Part shown: positions 29,270-39,635 of the stretch, one piece after another
Layout of the letters: every line of letters starts with the position of its first letter
How positions within the stretch are numbered: the stretch's first letter is position 1
NCBI GenBank assembly: GCA_963840855.1
Contig: CAWJBB010000040.1
Span: forward strand, 345,394-409,393
Length of the DNA: 64,000 bases
Source of the DNA: an uncultured delta proteobacterium
Lineage (GTDB): Bacteria; Desulfobacterota; Binatia; UBA9968
Direction: 5' to 3'
Translations under genes and position numbers: made by a program
The notes under the pieces: generated by a model
The model's input: the letters and a program-made list of their open reading frames with translations, nothing else
Database searches by the model: none
Told to the model about the DNA's origin: nothing

Positions 29270-30812
29270 TTAACTAAGCGGTACCGCCTGCCCGGCCTTG
29301 ATCCAGAGATGTTCGTACATCCACAAGCCAAACAGCGCCAGCAAAGACGCAGCGATGTTCGGATAAATCGAGCTGGTGGGCCAGAGCGTGAGCGCGATGG
29401 GCACGAGGGCGCCCAGGGCGACGACAACCAGCCAAAATTGCTTCCAAAGGGCCCCCGAAAGAAGAAGGTTCGCCGATCGCGAAACCTCTTCGCCGCGGTG
29501 GCTCATCAACAATTCTCCGAAGATCATCGCGAGTCCGGCAAAGAGGGCGACAACCAGCAAATTTCCCAGCCAATAGAGCATCTGGCCGCTGAGAAGTTGG
29601 AACGGCGTCACCAACTCGAGCGCCGCGAGTAAGGTCAGCCCCGCCGCTCCCGCGCCGAGCGCCTGCACGATGAGATGCCAGAAGAGCAGCGGGCTTTGCC
29701 AGAAGTCTCGGCCGCGCGCTTGAGCAAAAAGAAAAGCGGAGTAGCCGGCGGAAGCGATGGCAAACAGCGCAGCCAACCAAACCACCGGAGACGGGACCAC
29801 CAGGCCCCTGAGCCCATGAAACAACCAGATGCCAGCCAAGATGCCATAGATCACGAGAACATAACCGCCTAACACCAACCAAGAATTTAAGTTCGGCTTT
29901 GTCACCAGGTAAAAGAAGCGGCCGGGTTTTTTTAGGTCGAAGACCAACAACGCCATCGTGATCACGAGGAAAAGCAGCGCAGTCACCGGGCTGACGACGT
30001 AAAGCAGCGGCGCGTCTTGTTCGAAGCCCAGGTTGAGCGCCAACGCCGAAACGAGCAAGCACACCGGCGGCAATCGACTTTGCCCATAGATAAGATGCAA
30101 TCTTAGTCCCCCAGGGGGTCATATGGGGCACGTCATAGACCTCCCGGGCCACGCCGGGAATGGTGCGCTCGGGATTGCCGCCCTTGAGCGCGTAAAGATC
30201 TTCGCCGGGATCTTTCTCCGCCCAGAAGTGGGCGCTTTGCGGCTCCATCATGGTCGGGCTGAGCAGGTCGCCATCGACGCCGGCGTAAAAGAGTTTGGGC
30301 TTGGTCCCCTTCTCCGGTTTCCGCACGCTGACTTTTTCCATGGCGATTCGCTTGCTGATCGTGCTGTTCGGATTGTCGAGGTCGCCGGAAAGAATCGCCT
30401 GCGTGGGACAGACGACCTCGCAGGCGGGTTTGTACCCCATCTCGACGCGGGAAGCGTCGAAGTTGCACTTGGCCGCCGTGTTTCGATCGGGATCGATGTA
30501 GAGCGCGTCATAGGGACAGGCTTGCATGCATGACTTGCAGCCGATGCAGCGCTCGTTGTCGAAATCGACGATGCCGTCGGAGCGGCGAAACAAGGCGACG
30601 GTGGGACAGATTTCTATACAAGGCGCGTCGTCGCAGTGATTGCAGCGCAACACGGCGAAGTGCCGCCGCGTGTCAGGATAATGTCCTTTTTCGATGTATT
30701 TAACCCAGGTCCGGTTAACACCGACGGCGATATTGTGTTCTTCTTTGCAGGCTACGGTGCACGCATGACAGCCGATGCAACGGTTCTGGTCGATGAGAAA
30801 TCCGTAGCGCAT
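29270..30812 (-). CDS. 4Fe-4S dicluster (DmsB/PsrB-like) fused to NrfD/PsrC membrane anchor (frameshift ~30057)
   Basis: CIGCHAC, CNHC..APC, CIGCKSC, PAC...CPT; DLKKPGRF...PN..SW; AGQAVPLS. Confidence 0.88.
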
Positions 30813-30946
30813 TTATTACAATTCAAATCGGAAAACTAAGCTTTACATGGCATGAGTTTGCACCCTGATAGCAGGAAAAACCCGGCGGGGTCAATTGAAT
30901 TAGAGAAATATTTCCGCGCGGCTATGGCAAGCAATCGAGTGAGATA

Positions 30947-32395
30947 CTACTTTTTTCGCACCGGGAATGCCGGTGGAATGATCTGCTCGACCCCGCGGCC
31001 GTTCCAGTCGCGCCCGGCCCAGTTGTCCCAGGCGCGGTTCGCGCCGGTCTCCGCCTGGGCAAACAATTCGTCGTCGTCGATGCGCGTCGAACGGCCGTTT
31101 TCCACGACCATTTCGCCATCGACGATGACGGTTTCAACGTCGGCGCCCGAACCGTATTCCACCAGCGCATTGATGGGATCGCGAATCGGGCCGTAACGCG
31201 TAGTGCGCAGGTTGATGATAACCAGATCGGCCTTGGCGCCGGGAGCAAGCCTGCCGAGATCGTCCCGGCCCAGCGCCTTGGCGCCGCCGATGGTCGCCGC
31301 ATTGAAAACAGCCGCCGGCCGCGCGCCGGCGGCGTTTCTGTCCACCAGCCGAGAAATCAGCGACGCGTAACGCATCTCCGCGACGATATCGAGGGGATAG
31401 GTATCGGTGCCTAAACCGATGTTCACGCCTGCGTCGCGGTATTGATCGAAGGACTCCATGGCAAAAGCCATCTTGGCGCATTTGTGCGGGCAGTGACCGA
31501 CGGTGGCGCCCGAATCGGCGAGCAGTTTCAACTCATCGCCGCGCGGGTAATCGACCCGCGAGTGGCCCCCGGTAATCGCCATGTGACCAATCGTTGTGCG
31601 CGGCCCGAGAATGCCGGTCTCCGCCAGGTATTCGACCACCGGCTTGCGATAGGTGTTGAGAATCTGCAGGAACTCACGAAAATTGCCGCCAGCATGGATA
31701 TGGATCGGCACGTCGAGCTCTTTCGCCGCGGCGACTGATTCTCGTAACAACGAAGGCTCGCAGGTCTCGGCCTGGGCCGGATTTAAAATTCCCTGCACGC
31801 GACCGTTATGGGCGCCGTGAAATTGCTTGATGAACTCAATCGCCCGCTTCAGGCCCGGCCGTCCCTTGTCCTCGCGTTCTTCGTAGTAGTGGCGCCCTTC
31901 GGAATCGGTAAAAATATCGTGGCTACGGTACGGCGGGCTGAAAAACACGCGCCCGCCTAGCTGGCCGACGATGGCGACGTAATCGTCCATCGCGCCCGGA
32001 CCGCCGCCGGGATCCAATACCGTCGTCGCGCCGTTCCTGAGCGCGCTATACAATGCGTATCTCCTCCCCATGGCCACCGCCGGTGCTGGAGGATTTTCCA
32101 CTTTTTCTTTGAGCGGCGCCCCGAAGACAAACCAGTTCGCCGCGAGATAATCTTTTTTCGTGACGTCGCTCAAAAGATAGTCGCCGACGTTGAGCTGCGA
32201 GTGAACATGCAAATTGATAAAGCCGGGGCAGACGATCTTACCCGCCGCATCGATCACCTTGTCGGCTGGTTGCGACCGGTCCGTCCCCGCGGATTTTATT
32301 TCGCCGCCGTCGATTAGCACGGAGCCGTTGGCAATGATTTCGTGGCTGGTTCCAGACCAGCCCACGACGACGCCGCCGTCGATGCGAATTCTCAT
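30947..32395 (-). CDS. Amidohydrolase (chlorohydrolase/deaminase-like)
   Basis: PGFINLHVH, LGTD, GRLAPGAKADLV. Confidence 0.88.
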   Translation of the reverse strand: MRIRIDGGVVVGWSGTSHEIIANGSVLIDGGEIKSAGTDRSQPADKVIDAAGKIVCPGFINLHVHSQLNVGDYLLSDVTKKDYLAANWFVFGAPLKEKVENPPAPAVAMGRRYALYSALRNGATTVLDPGGGPGAMDDYVAIVGQLGGRVFFSPPYRSHDIFTDSEGRHYYEEREDKGRPGLKRAIEFIKQFHGAHNGRVQGILNPAQAETCEPSLLRESVAAAKELDVPIHIHAGGNFREFLQILNTYRKPVVEYLAETGILGPRTTIGHMAITGGHSRVDYPRGDELKLLADSGATVGHCPHKCAKMAFAMESFDQYRDAGVNIGLGTDTYPLDIVAEMRYASLISRLVDRNAAGARPAAVFNAATIGGAKALGRDDLGRLAPGAKADLVIINLRTTRYGPIRDPINALVEYGSGADVETVIVDGEMVVENGRSTRIDDDELFAQAETGANRAWDNWAGRDWNGRGVEQIIPPAFPVRKK

Positions 32396-32470
32396 GAGCC
32401 TTTCCTTTTTCGGTTAAAAATCTAAAAATATTTGGAATTTTGGATCAAAAAGAGATCGGAAAAACTGTGA

Positions 32471-32600
32471 CTCCCGCAAAGACGCAAAGACGCCAAGTTC
32501 GGAGAATCAAAAATATATTCTTAACTTTGCGCCTTGGCGTCTTGGCGCGATAAATTTTCTTGAAGTGGTTGTGTTGAACATTTCAAGTTTAAGAATCTAA
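32471..32600. repeat. CGCAAAG/CTTGGCG hairpin element
   Basis: cgcaaagacgcaaagacgccaagtt ... aactttgcgccttggcgtcttggcg. Confidence 0.65.
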
Positions 32601-32602
32601 CG

Positions 32603-33313
32603 CTACGCGGGCGCCGCCGGCGTTTCGTCTTCTCTGCCGTGCAGTGCGTACCAATAAATGCCGTTCATATAACGCCAGCGCCGGATGGCGGCTTCCTCAA
32701 CCATTTTGAGCGCCAGCGCCTGCAATTCGGGTGTGCCGCAATACTTCTCGACCATCGCAAAACCTCTAGACCCGTGAATCTCGTCAGCGTAGACATGCTC
32801 TTCGAAGAAGCGGATTTCGCGGGCGTGAGCCTTATAACCGTAATGCCGGTGCAGCGCTGGAACTAATTTTTTGCAGATATCCAGAAATTGCGACTCCAGG
32901 CCGATGAACAACCCAGCCGCCGCGGCCGGCCACGGCGTCTGATAGACCATGCGCCAACCCCAATTTTGCAACTGATCCGTCCCTGCAAGCACGATGGAAC
33001 CCTCTACGCTTTCGCGATCCATGCCGCTGGCGGCGACGTAGTCCTTGAGCATATCGAGATGGCGGTCGTCAGGGTTTTCCTCGTCAGCGAGATTTTCGAA
33101 TAGGTAAGTCTTCACATCCCGCTGAGGTATCTGCGAGGCTTCGAACGCCAGCCAGTTCAAGTATTCAACGACATAGTGATAGTGCTGCGTGCAGTAAAAA
33201 GCGGTCTGCTCCTTGGTCAGTTTGCCCTGCGCCCACAGTTCGAAGAACGGGTGGTTCTTGCTATGCTTTTTGTCGCGGGTGGCGACCAATCGGTCGTGAA
33301 AACTTGCACCCAT
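32603..33313 (-). CDS. PqqC/CADD/TenA-like heme-oxygenase-fold (diiron) protein
   Basis: HPFF..W..G.L, ENLADEE....RH, FFEEH..ADEIH; GAGG RBS before ATG 33313. Confidence 0.82.
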   Translation of the reverse strand: MGASFHDRLVATRDKKHSKNHPFFELWAQGKLTKEQTAFYCTQHYHYVVEYLNWLAFEASQIPQRDVKTYLFENLADEENPDDRHLDMLKDYVAASGMDRESVEGSIVLAGTDQLQNWGWRMVYQTPWPAAAAGLFIGLESQFLDICKKLVPALHRHYGYKAHAREIRFFEEHVYADEIHGSRGFAMVEKYCGTPELQALALKMVEEAAIRRWRYMNGIYWYALHGREDETPAAPA

Positions 33314-33492
33314 GATCCTCTCGTTTTTTCCCAGTCTCGCCAAGCGCGATGGCGAGTTCGAGTTCCAGCTCAATGGCGCCTTAGTCAAGGAACGGGCGCG
33401 TATGCAAAACACCAACGCCGGCCAAGCTTTCTAAATGCCGGGCCGGCGTTTCAGGGTTCAACCGAAAGTCAACCGGCTGCCGCCGGATTGTA

Positions 33493-35226
33493 TCATTCGC
33501 CCCGTTCGGTAATCTGCGCCACTGGCTTGAGGCGAATATCCAACAATGCGGATTGGCCGCCGGCGACGGCGCGCAGTCCGCGCTCTATGGCCTTGCGGAC
33601 TTCGGCCGGCTCTTCGACTTTTTCGCCGTAGCCATCGAAGGCCTTGATCAGTAGCGAATACTCCGGACATGGAGCGATGTGCAGCCCGGAAAAATTATTG
33701 CTCTTCACCGCCCAACCTCCGGGGTAATATCGCGGGATACCCGACTTTTGTGACAGATAACCCTGGTTGTTAAACATGATGGTGAGGAATGGCAGGTTAT
33801 GTTCCTGGCTCGCGCCGTAGGCCGCCGGCGCCGGATCGTAACTGAACGAACCGTCGCCGATGAGACAAACGACCGGACGTTTCGGATTGGCGGCCTTGAC
33901 GCCGAGCGCCGTCGCCAGGCCCGTACCCAAACCACCGATACAGCCGGCGAAAAATGATCCCGGCTTTAGACCGTCTAGATAGCGGTGGATCGCCAAGCGG
34001 TGCGTGATGGTTTCTTCAACCACCATCGCGTCGGCGGGCAGCACCTGGCTGAGCTCATGAGCCACCCAGCGCGTGTCCATCGGTTTTTGATTGGCCAGCT
34101 CCATGGCGTCGGCGCGCCATTTTTTCCGCCGCGCGTCATTTTTGGCCTTCAAATCTTCGGCCCGTCGAGCGCGCGAGGCGTCACCCTTCGATACTCTTTT
34201 CTTGAGCGCCGCCAGCAAATGCTCCAGCGACGTTTCGATCTCGCCCGTGAGGCAGAGATCGGATTGATAGCCGTAGTACGGGATCTCGGCGCGCAGCGGG
34301 TTCTCATCGAGCATGGCGACTTTGGCGCCGGGGGACGGCGTTATCGAAGCGGGATGCCAAGGCGCGATCACGGCGAGGAGAAAAATCACGTCGGCGCCCT
34401 GCACGGCTTCCTTGGCGTCGTAGCCGCTATGGAGCGGATGGGTTCGCGGAAAATTGATGGCGCCGGTGCTGCGAGTTTCAGCCACCGGGCAGCCGAGCAG
34501 CTCGGCAATCTCCACCAAACACTCGACGGCCTTCAACGTCTTCCCGGAATCCTCGGCGACGATGACCGGATGGGACGCGCCCGCGAGCAGGTCGGCCAGT
34601 TCTTCGATGCCCTTCGGATCGGCGGTGGCCAGAGGGGCGCTCCCGAGCTCCGAAGGAACGTCCTTCGTCATGTTCTCGAATAGATATTCCATCGGCACCG
34701 ACACGAAGACCGGCCCGCGCGGTCCCGCCATCGCTAAACGGCAAGCGCGCTGGACCGTCGATGGCAGAATCGATTTGGTGTTGACGCCGAAACTCCACTT
34801 GACCGTGTGATCGACGAGCTTCGCCGGGCCGCCCATGTCGCCGAGATGGCCCTGCCACTGGCCGCCCACGTCCGGTCCGTCATCCTCGCCGAAGCCGATG
34901 GATTCGCCGGCAAAGACCACCATGGGCACCTGCTCGTGCAACGCCCCGCGCATCGCCATGGTCGCATGCAACGCACCCACGGTCGTGTGAATTACCACGG
35001 CGGGCAATTTGCCCGTCGACTTCGCGTAACCGCTCGCCATGCCGACGGCGATCTCTTCGTGCCGCGTGCTGTAATACTGCGGCATGCCTTCCACGCCGGG
35101 TTCCGCCAACGCCTCCCACAACGGCGACCATTCCGAGCCGGGCGACGCGAAAATTTTCTCAACGCCCATTTTTCCGAGGACGCGCAGCATCGTCTGCGCA
35201 CCGGTTAATCCTTTGGTTTGAATCAT
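33493..35226 (-). CDS. Thiamine pyrophosphate-dependent enzyme (ALS/benzoylformate decarboxylase superfamily)
   Basis: RHEEIAVGMASGY and GDGS...NN TPP motif. Confidence 0.9.
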   Translation of the reverse strand: MIQTKGLTGAQTMLRVLGKMGVEKIFASPGSEWSPLWEALAEPGVEGMPQYYSTRHEEIAVGMASGYAKSTGKLPAVVIHTTVGALHATMAMRGALHEQVPMVVFAGESIGFGEDDGPDVGGQWQGHLGDMGGPAKLVDHTVKWSFGVNTKSILPSTVQRACRLAMAGPRGPVFVSVPMEYLFENMTKDVPSELGSAPLATADPKGIEELADLLAGASHPVIVAEDSGKTLKAVECLVEIAELLGCPVAETRSTGAINFPRTHPLHSGYDAKEAVQGADVIFLLAVIAPWHPASITPSPGAKVAMLDENPLRAEIPYYGYQSDLCLTGEIETSLEHLLAALKKRVSKGDASRARRAEDLKAKNDARRKKWRADAMELANQKPMDTRWVAHELSQVLPADAMVVEETITHRLAIHRYLDGLKPGSFFAGCIGGLGTGLATALGVKAANPKRPVVCLIGDGSFSYDPAPAAYGASQEHNLPFLTIMFNNQGYLSQKSGIPRYYPGGWAVKSNNFSGLHIAPCPEYSLLIKAFDGYGEKVEEPAEVRKAIERGLRAVAGGQSALLDIRLKPVAQITERGE

Positions 35227-35255
35227 GTTTACTCCTCTGAGTTTCTTCGGCGAAT

Positions 35256-36272
35256 TTAAATATTGTAAAACCGCTTGGCGTTGTTGAGCAGTAGATCCTT
35301 CTTGACGTCCAGCGACAGATCCTCGCGATTCCATAAGATGCTTGCCGACTCCGGCCAGCTCATATCCCAATGAGGATAATCAGAGGCGTACATGAGCGTC
35401 TTCGAGCCGATTTCGCCGACGACGAAACTAATCATCTTTTCTTCCGGCTCGCAGCCATAGTAGCTGTTTTCGCTAAAAAGGTATTCGCTCGGTTTCTTCT
35501 TGCACAGCGGCGCTTCGACCTTGCCGCGTTTTTCCCATTCTTCGTCCATGCGTTCCGCCCAATACGGCAACCAACCGCAGCCGACTTCGAGATAGCCGAT
35601 CCTTAACTTCGGAAACAATTCCGGGATGCCGCCGAATACCATCGCCGTTAGTTGACGCAACACCGGGAAAGGATGGCCCGTCGTGTGCAAACATATGAAC
35701 GTATCAAAAACCTCGCTGCCGGGCTCGTCGCCGCCAAAGGCATGGATGGTCACCGGTGTGTTGAGCCGCTGGGCTTCTTCATACAGCGGATAGTACTCCG
35801 GGCTACCCAAATTTTTTCTGTGCGCTTGGGCGACCAACATACCGCCGCACAAACCGAGCTTGGTCACGGCGCGATTGAGCTCTTTGGCGCATTCCTCCGG
35901 ATTGTTGACCGGCAGATTCGCCACCGCTTTAAGACGCGGCGATGCCTTGCAGTAGTTAGAAATGAAATCGTTGTACGCGCGGCACAGCGCGGTTTGGAAC
36001 CGCGGCTCGCGAACTCGGCCGAGGCCCAAGCCGCTCGTGGGAAACATAACGGCGGTGTCGATTTGCTGCGTGTCCATGGCGGCCAGACGCTCTTCGACCT
36101 TAGCTCCGCCCTGGCCGAGCGTGCCGCCGAAATTGCGGTCGTAATGCTCGCTGGGAATCAAAGAAGCTCTTTGATTGCGATAGGGCTCGGGCAAATAAGG
36201 CCTGATATCGTTGTCGAAATCTCGCGCGTGGGCGTCGGAATCCAATACCTTTATTGCGTCACGTAGTTCCAT
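35256..36272 (-). CDS. Amidohydrolase_2 family (LigW/ACMSD-like)
   Basis: DSDAH, FPKL...LE.G.GW, ASDYPHWD. Confidence 0.9.
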   Translation of the reverse strand: MELRDAIKVLDSDAHARDFDNDIRPYLPEPYRNQRASLIPSEHYDRNFGGTLGQGGAKVEERLAAMDTQQIDTAVMFPTSGLGLGRVREPRFQTALCRAYNDFISNYCKASPRLKAVANLPVNNPEECAKELNRAVTKLGLCGGMLVAQAHRKNLGSPEYYPLYEEAQRLNTPVTIHAFGGDEPGSEVFDTFICLHTTGHPFPVLRQLTAMVFGGIPELFPKLRIGYLEVGCGWLPYWAERMDEEWEKRGKVEAPLCKKKPSEYLFSENSYYGCEPEEKMISFVVGEIGSKTLMYASDYPHWDMSWPESASILWNREDLSLDVKKDLLLNNAKRFYNI

Positions 36273-36326
36273 AGCCTCACCTCTGTGATTTTATTTCCGT
36301 TTTGACGTGCCGCTCTCTCGACGCCG

Positions 36327-37466
36327 CTAAGCTGCGACTGGCAACGACGCCGGCGCTTTCAAATTATAAAGTTTGCGCACGTTGGTATTAAGCAGCTTTT
36401 CCCGGTCCGCCGCCGAAAGATTGGCCATGTCGCGCTCGATAACGGCGCGCGAGTTCGGCCAGGTGGAATTCTGATGCGGGTAGTCATTGGACCACATGCA
36501 GTTGTCCACGCCCCACCAAGAGAAGAGCTGGCCGCCGACCCGGTCATTAAAGAAGGTGGCGTAAATTTGCTCGGCAAAGTACTCACTCGGCAACTTGGTC
36601 ATCGGCACCTTTTCCGAGTGGCGGTGCCGCTTGTAGCCTTTGTCGCACTTCTCCAACCAGAACGGCATCCAACCGATTTCGTTTTCGACGGAAACGATTT
36701 TTAATCTCGGATAACGCTCGAGCACGCCGGAGAAGATCATGTCAAACAGCGCGTCCTCGATTTCTCTGGTCTGCTGCACGCCGATGCGGTAGCGGTTGAT
36801 GCCGTGGCTGGTTTGACGGTTCATGCTGTCGCCGAAGCCGGTCAGAATATGGAGATGCACTGGCAAATCGAGATCCTGCGACGCCGCCCAAAAGCGCTCA
36901 TAATGATCCGAGGTGAACGGAAACTTCGGGTCCGGCACCTGCCAGATCATCGTGCCAACGATTCCCCCCGCCTTCTTGCAGCGTTCCATTTCGGCGAGGG
37001 CGTGGTCAACGTCATACATGGAAATCAACGCGATGCCATAGAGGCGATCCGGAACTTTATTACAATACTCGATGATCCAGTCGTTGTACGTTCTAAACAG
37101 GCTTTCTTGGAGCGCGGCGTCTTTAACACAAAACAAGCCCAGACCCAGGCTCGGATAAAGCACTTCCGCAGCCACGCCGTCGACGAACATGTCGTCCTGG
37201 CGCACGATCGGGTCCCAGCCGCCCGGACGCGCTACGGCGAAGCCCGCTCGGCGAAACTTTTCCAGATTTTCCGGTTGCTGTCCGGCCATGAACAATCCAC
37301 CGACGGCCTGGATTTGAACTTCCGGCGAACCGAACATCCAAGCGTCGCGCTTGTCGTCGAAGAACATCTTCGGCGCGCGTTCTCTGAAAGACGCCGGCAT
37401 GCCCTTCTCCCACAAATCCGGAACTTCGATAACATGAGAATCCGACGAGATAATTGATTGTTCCAT
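36327..37466 (-). CDS. Amidohydrolase_2 family protein
   Basis: ISSDSHV.E, GVAAEVLYPS, WSNDYPH. Confidence 0.9.
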   Translation of the reverse strand: MEQSIISSDSHVIEVPDLWEKGMPASFRERAPKMFFDDKRDAWMFGSPEVQIQAVGGLFMAGQQPENLEKFRRAGFAVARPGGWDPIVRQDDMFVDGVAAEVLYPSLGLGLFCVKDAALQESLFRTYNDWIIEYCNKVPDRLYGIALISMYDVDHALAEMERCKKAGGIVGTMIWQVPDPKFPFTSDHYERFWAASQDLDLPVHLHILTGFGDSMNRQTSHGINRYRIGVQQTREIEDALFDMIFSGVLERYPRLKIVSVENEIGWMPFWLEKCDKGYKRHRHSEKVPMTKLPSEYFAEQIYATFFNDRVGGQLFSWWGVDNCMWSNDYPHQNSTWPNSRAVIERDMANLSAADREKLLNTNVRKLYNLKAPASLPVAA

Positions 37467-37486
37467 GGCTCCTCCTTTTGGTTATC

Positions 37487-38497
37487 TTACTTCTTAGCCC
37501 AAATTTGATCGAAAAATCCACTCTTTTCCATTTCAACCAGGTAACGAGTATCGATCATTTCCTGCGGTTTGACGTTTTTGGCACGGGGATCAGTTGCTGA
37601 CAGCTCGTCCAAGATGGCTTGTAAAGATTCCGGCTTGATAACCAAGCGCGGTTCCAAGACTTTAATTTCTGAATTGTACGCCGAGTCGAGTATATTGCGG
37701 TCCGTAACGCGGAGATATTTCCCCAGCACTTTGTATACGAATTCGCGATCGGTGTGCATGAGCTTGGCGGTCTCGGCCATCGCGCGCATGAAATTAGCCA
37801 TGACTTGCGGGCGCTTTGCCATCACGGAGCGCTTGGTGACGAACGCGGTGGCGGCATAGGGAATCTTCAGGTCGGGTCCATAGATCACATAATGATACCC
37901 TCGCGCAATCGCTTGAGCATCGGTCGGTGGTGTCAGGTTGGCAACATCGATGGAGCCGCTGACGAACGCCGCAAAGGTCTCGGGGTCGCCGCCGGTTTGA
38001 ACGAATTGAACGTCGCGACTGGCATCCATGCCGAAGCGGCGCAGCGCCTGGATGGTAAAATAATGCGAGTTGCCGCCGATCCGGCTGACGCCGATTTTCT
38101 TGCCTTTCAAATCCTCAGGTTTTTTGATGTTGCCGCCAGCCACCAGGGTTTGAGTCATGGTGTTCTTGATTCCGCCAATGAAGACGACATCGGTGACGCC
38201 GCGGATATACGCGGCGACATTGCCGACCCCGCCGGTTACCGTCATCTCCGCGTCTCCGCCCAACAAGGCTGCCGTCACAATGCCCGAGGAAGAAATGAAG
38301 ACTAAACTGAAATCGAGATTGTATTTCTTAAACAACCCCGCTTCCTGCGCCATCCAGGGGAGCGATTGCGACATCACTCGGGCGGAATGTATCCCCACGA
38401 GTTTGTCCGGCACGGACGCGCCATAGACTAGCGAGGCGTGTAGGCTAGTCAGCAGCGCGACGATCCCCAAGAAACTCAGCTTCGTGCGATTTCTCAT
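37487..38497 (-). CDS. NMT1/SsuA-type ABC substrate-binding protein
   Basis: Signal peptide; EAGLFKKY.LD, DLKGKKIGVS. Confidence 0.87.
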   Translation of the reverse strand: MRNRTKLSFLGIVALLTSLHASLVYGASVPDKLVGIHSARVMSQSLPWMAQEAGLFKKYNLDFSLVFISSSGIVTAALLGGDAEMTVTGGVGNVAAYIRGVTDVVFIGGIKNTMTQTLVAGGNIKKPEDLKGKKIGVSRIGGNSHYFTIQALRRFGMDASRDVQFVQTGGDPETFAAFVSGSIDVANLTPPTDAQAIARGYHYVIYGPDLKIPYAATAFVTKRSVMAKRPQVMANFMRAMAETAKLMHTDREFVYKVLGKYLRVTDRNILDSAYNSEIKVLEPRLVIKPESLQAILDELSATDPRAKNVKPQEMIDTRYLVEMEKSGFFDQIWAKK

Positions 38498-38602
38498 GAA
38501 ACTCATTTCTCTAACGTTGCCCATACGGTTCTTAGCTGCTCCCATCTCGATCTAGATTCTGCTGAAAAACCCTAAGAATGCTTCGCTTAGAGTCTATCCT
38601 AA

Positions 38603-39628
38603 CTACGACCAGAATCTTTGCCGCCACTGATCGATCGCATCCGGGTTCACCACTGTCTCCGGCGCTTTGCCCTTGAGAATCGAAAGAATGCTTTCGGCGG
38701 CCATGCGCTGTCCTGCTTCCGAGGACCCAGGGTTGGCGCCGATGTTGTGCGGCGTAATGATCAATCTGCTGGGATCGACTTGGCGCACTGGATTGCTCTT
38801 CGGCGTAGGCTCTACTTCGAAGACGTCCAGCGCCGCCCCGGCAATGATCCCCTCGTTCAACGCCTGAGTTAAATCCGCTTCGTTGATTGCCGGTCCCCGC
38901 GAGGTGTTAATAATGTAGGCCGTAGGCTTCATCATCTTCAATTCCCGCAGCGTGATCATGTTGCGAGTTTCTCGCGTGAGCACGACGTGGAGCGTCACCA
39001 CATCCGACCCTCGCAACAGCTCCTCCAGCGAGACCATCTTGATTCCCAGCGGCGTCACCGTTTCCTGAGACACGTAGGGATCGTAACCGAGAAACTTCAT
39101 GTCCCAGGCGGCCATTCGCTTGGCGACGTTGCGGCCGATGCGCCCGACGCCGATAATGCCGACGGTCCTGCCGACCATCAGCATGCCGCGGTTCTGCGCT
39201 TCTTTCCAACCACCCGCGCGCAAAAAGGCCTCGTTAAACTTGAGCCGTTTGAACAGCGCGACCATAAATCCGACCGTCGCTTCAGCGACGCCCAGATAGT
39301 TTTCAGGAGTCGGACTATTGCAGCAAAGGATACCGAGGTCGGTGGCGGCATCCACATCGACGGTTTCGATGCCGATGCTCGACTTGACCACTGCCTGCAA
39401 CTCCGGGCAGGAATCCAGGATTTCCGCGCCGATCACGTCGCGGCCCGACGGATAAACCACCGGGCAGTCACCGATCAGATCGATCAATTCGCGCCGCTCG
39501 TATCTATGCGTGCGAAAGTCCTCGGTGTTTTTCCCCAGCACCAGCTCGCAGTCCGCATCCTGCAACAGCTCTTCGATAAGCCTCAGCCTCATGGGCCCCG
39601 TCAAACAGACTTTGCGTTTTGCGGCCAT
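38603..39628 (-). CDS. D-2-hydroxyacid dehydrogenase (SerA-like)
   Basis: GIIGVGRIG, INTSRG, GAALDVFE.EP, TPH. Confidence 0.9.
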   Translation of the reverse strand: MAAKRKVCLTGPMRLRLIEELLQDADCELVLGKNTEDFRTHRYERRELIDLIGDCPVVYPSGRDVIGAEILDSCPELQAVVKSSIGIETVDVDAATDLGILCCNSPTPENYLGVAEATVGFMVALFKRLKFNEAFLRAGGWKEAQNRGMLMVGRTVGIIGVGRIGRNVAKRMAAWDMKFLGYDPYVSQETVTPLGIKMVSLEELLRGSDVVTLHVVLTRETRNMITLRELKMMKPTAYIINTSRGPAINEADLTQALNEGIIAGAALDVFEVEPTPKSNPVRQVDPSRLIITPHNIGANPGSSEAGQRMAAESILSILKGKAPETVVNPDAIDQWRQRFWS

Positions 39629-39635
39629 GGTGCAC

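Noticed and set aside
30848-30862. TGGCATGAGTTTGCA as a sigma54 promoter
   Set aside because: GG-N9-GC spacing is wrong and it points at no plus-strand gene
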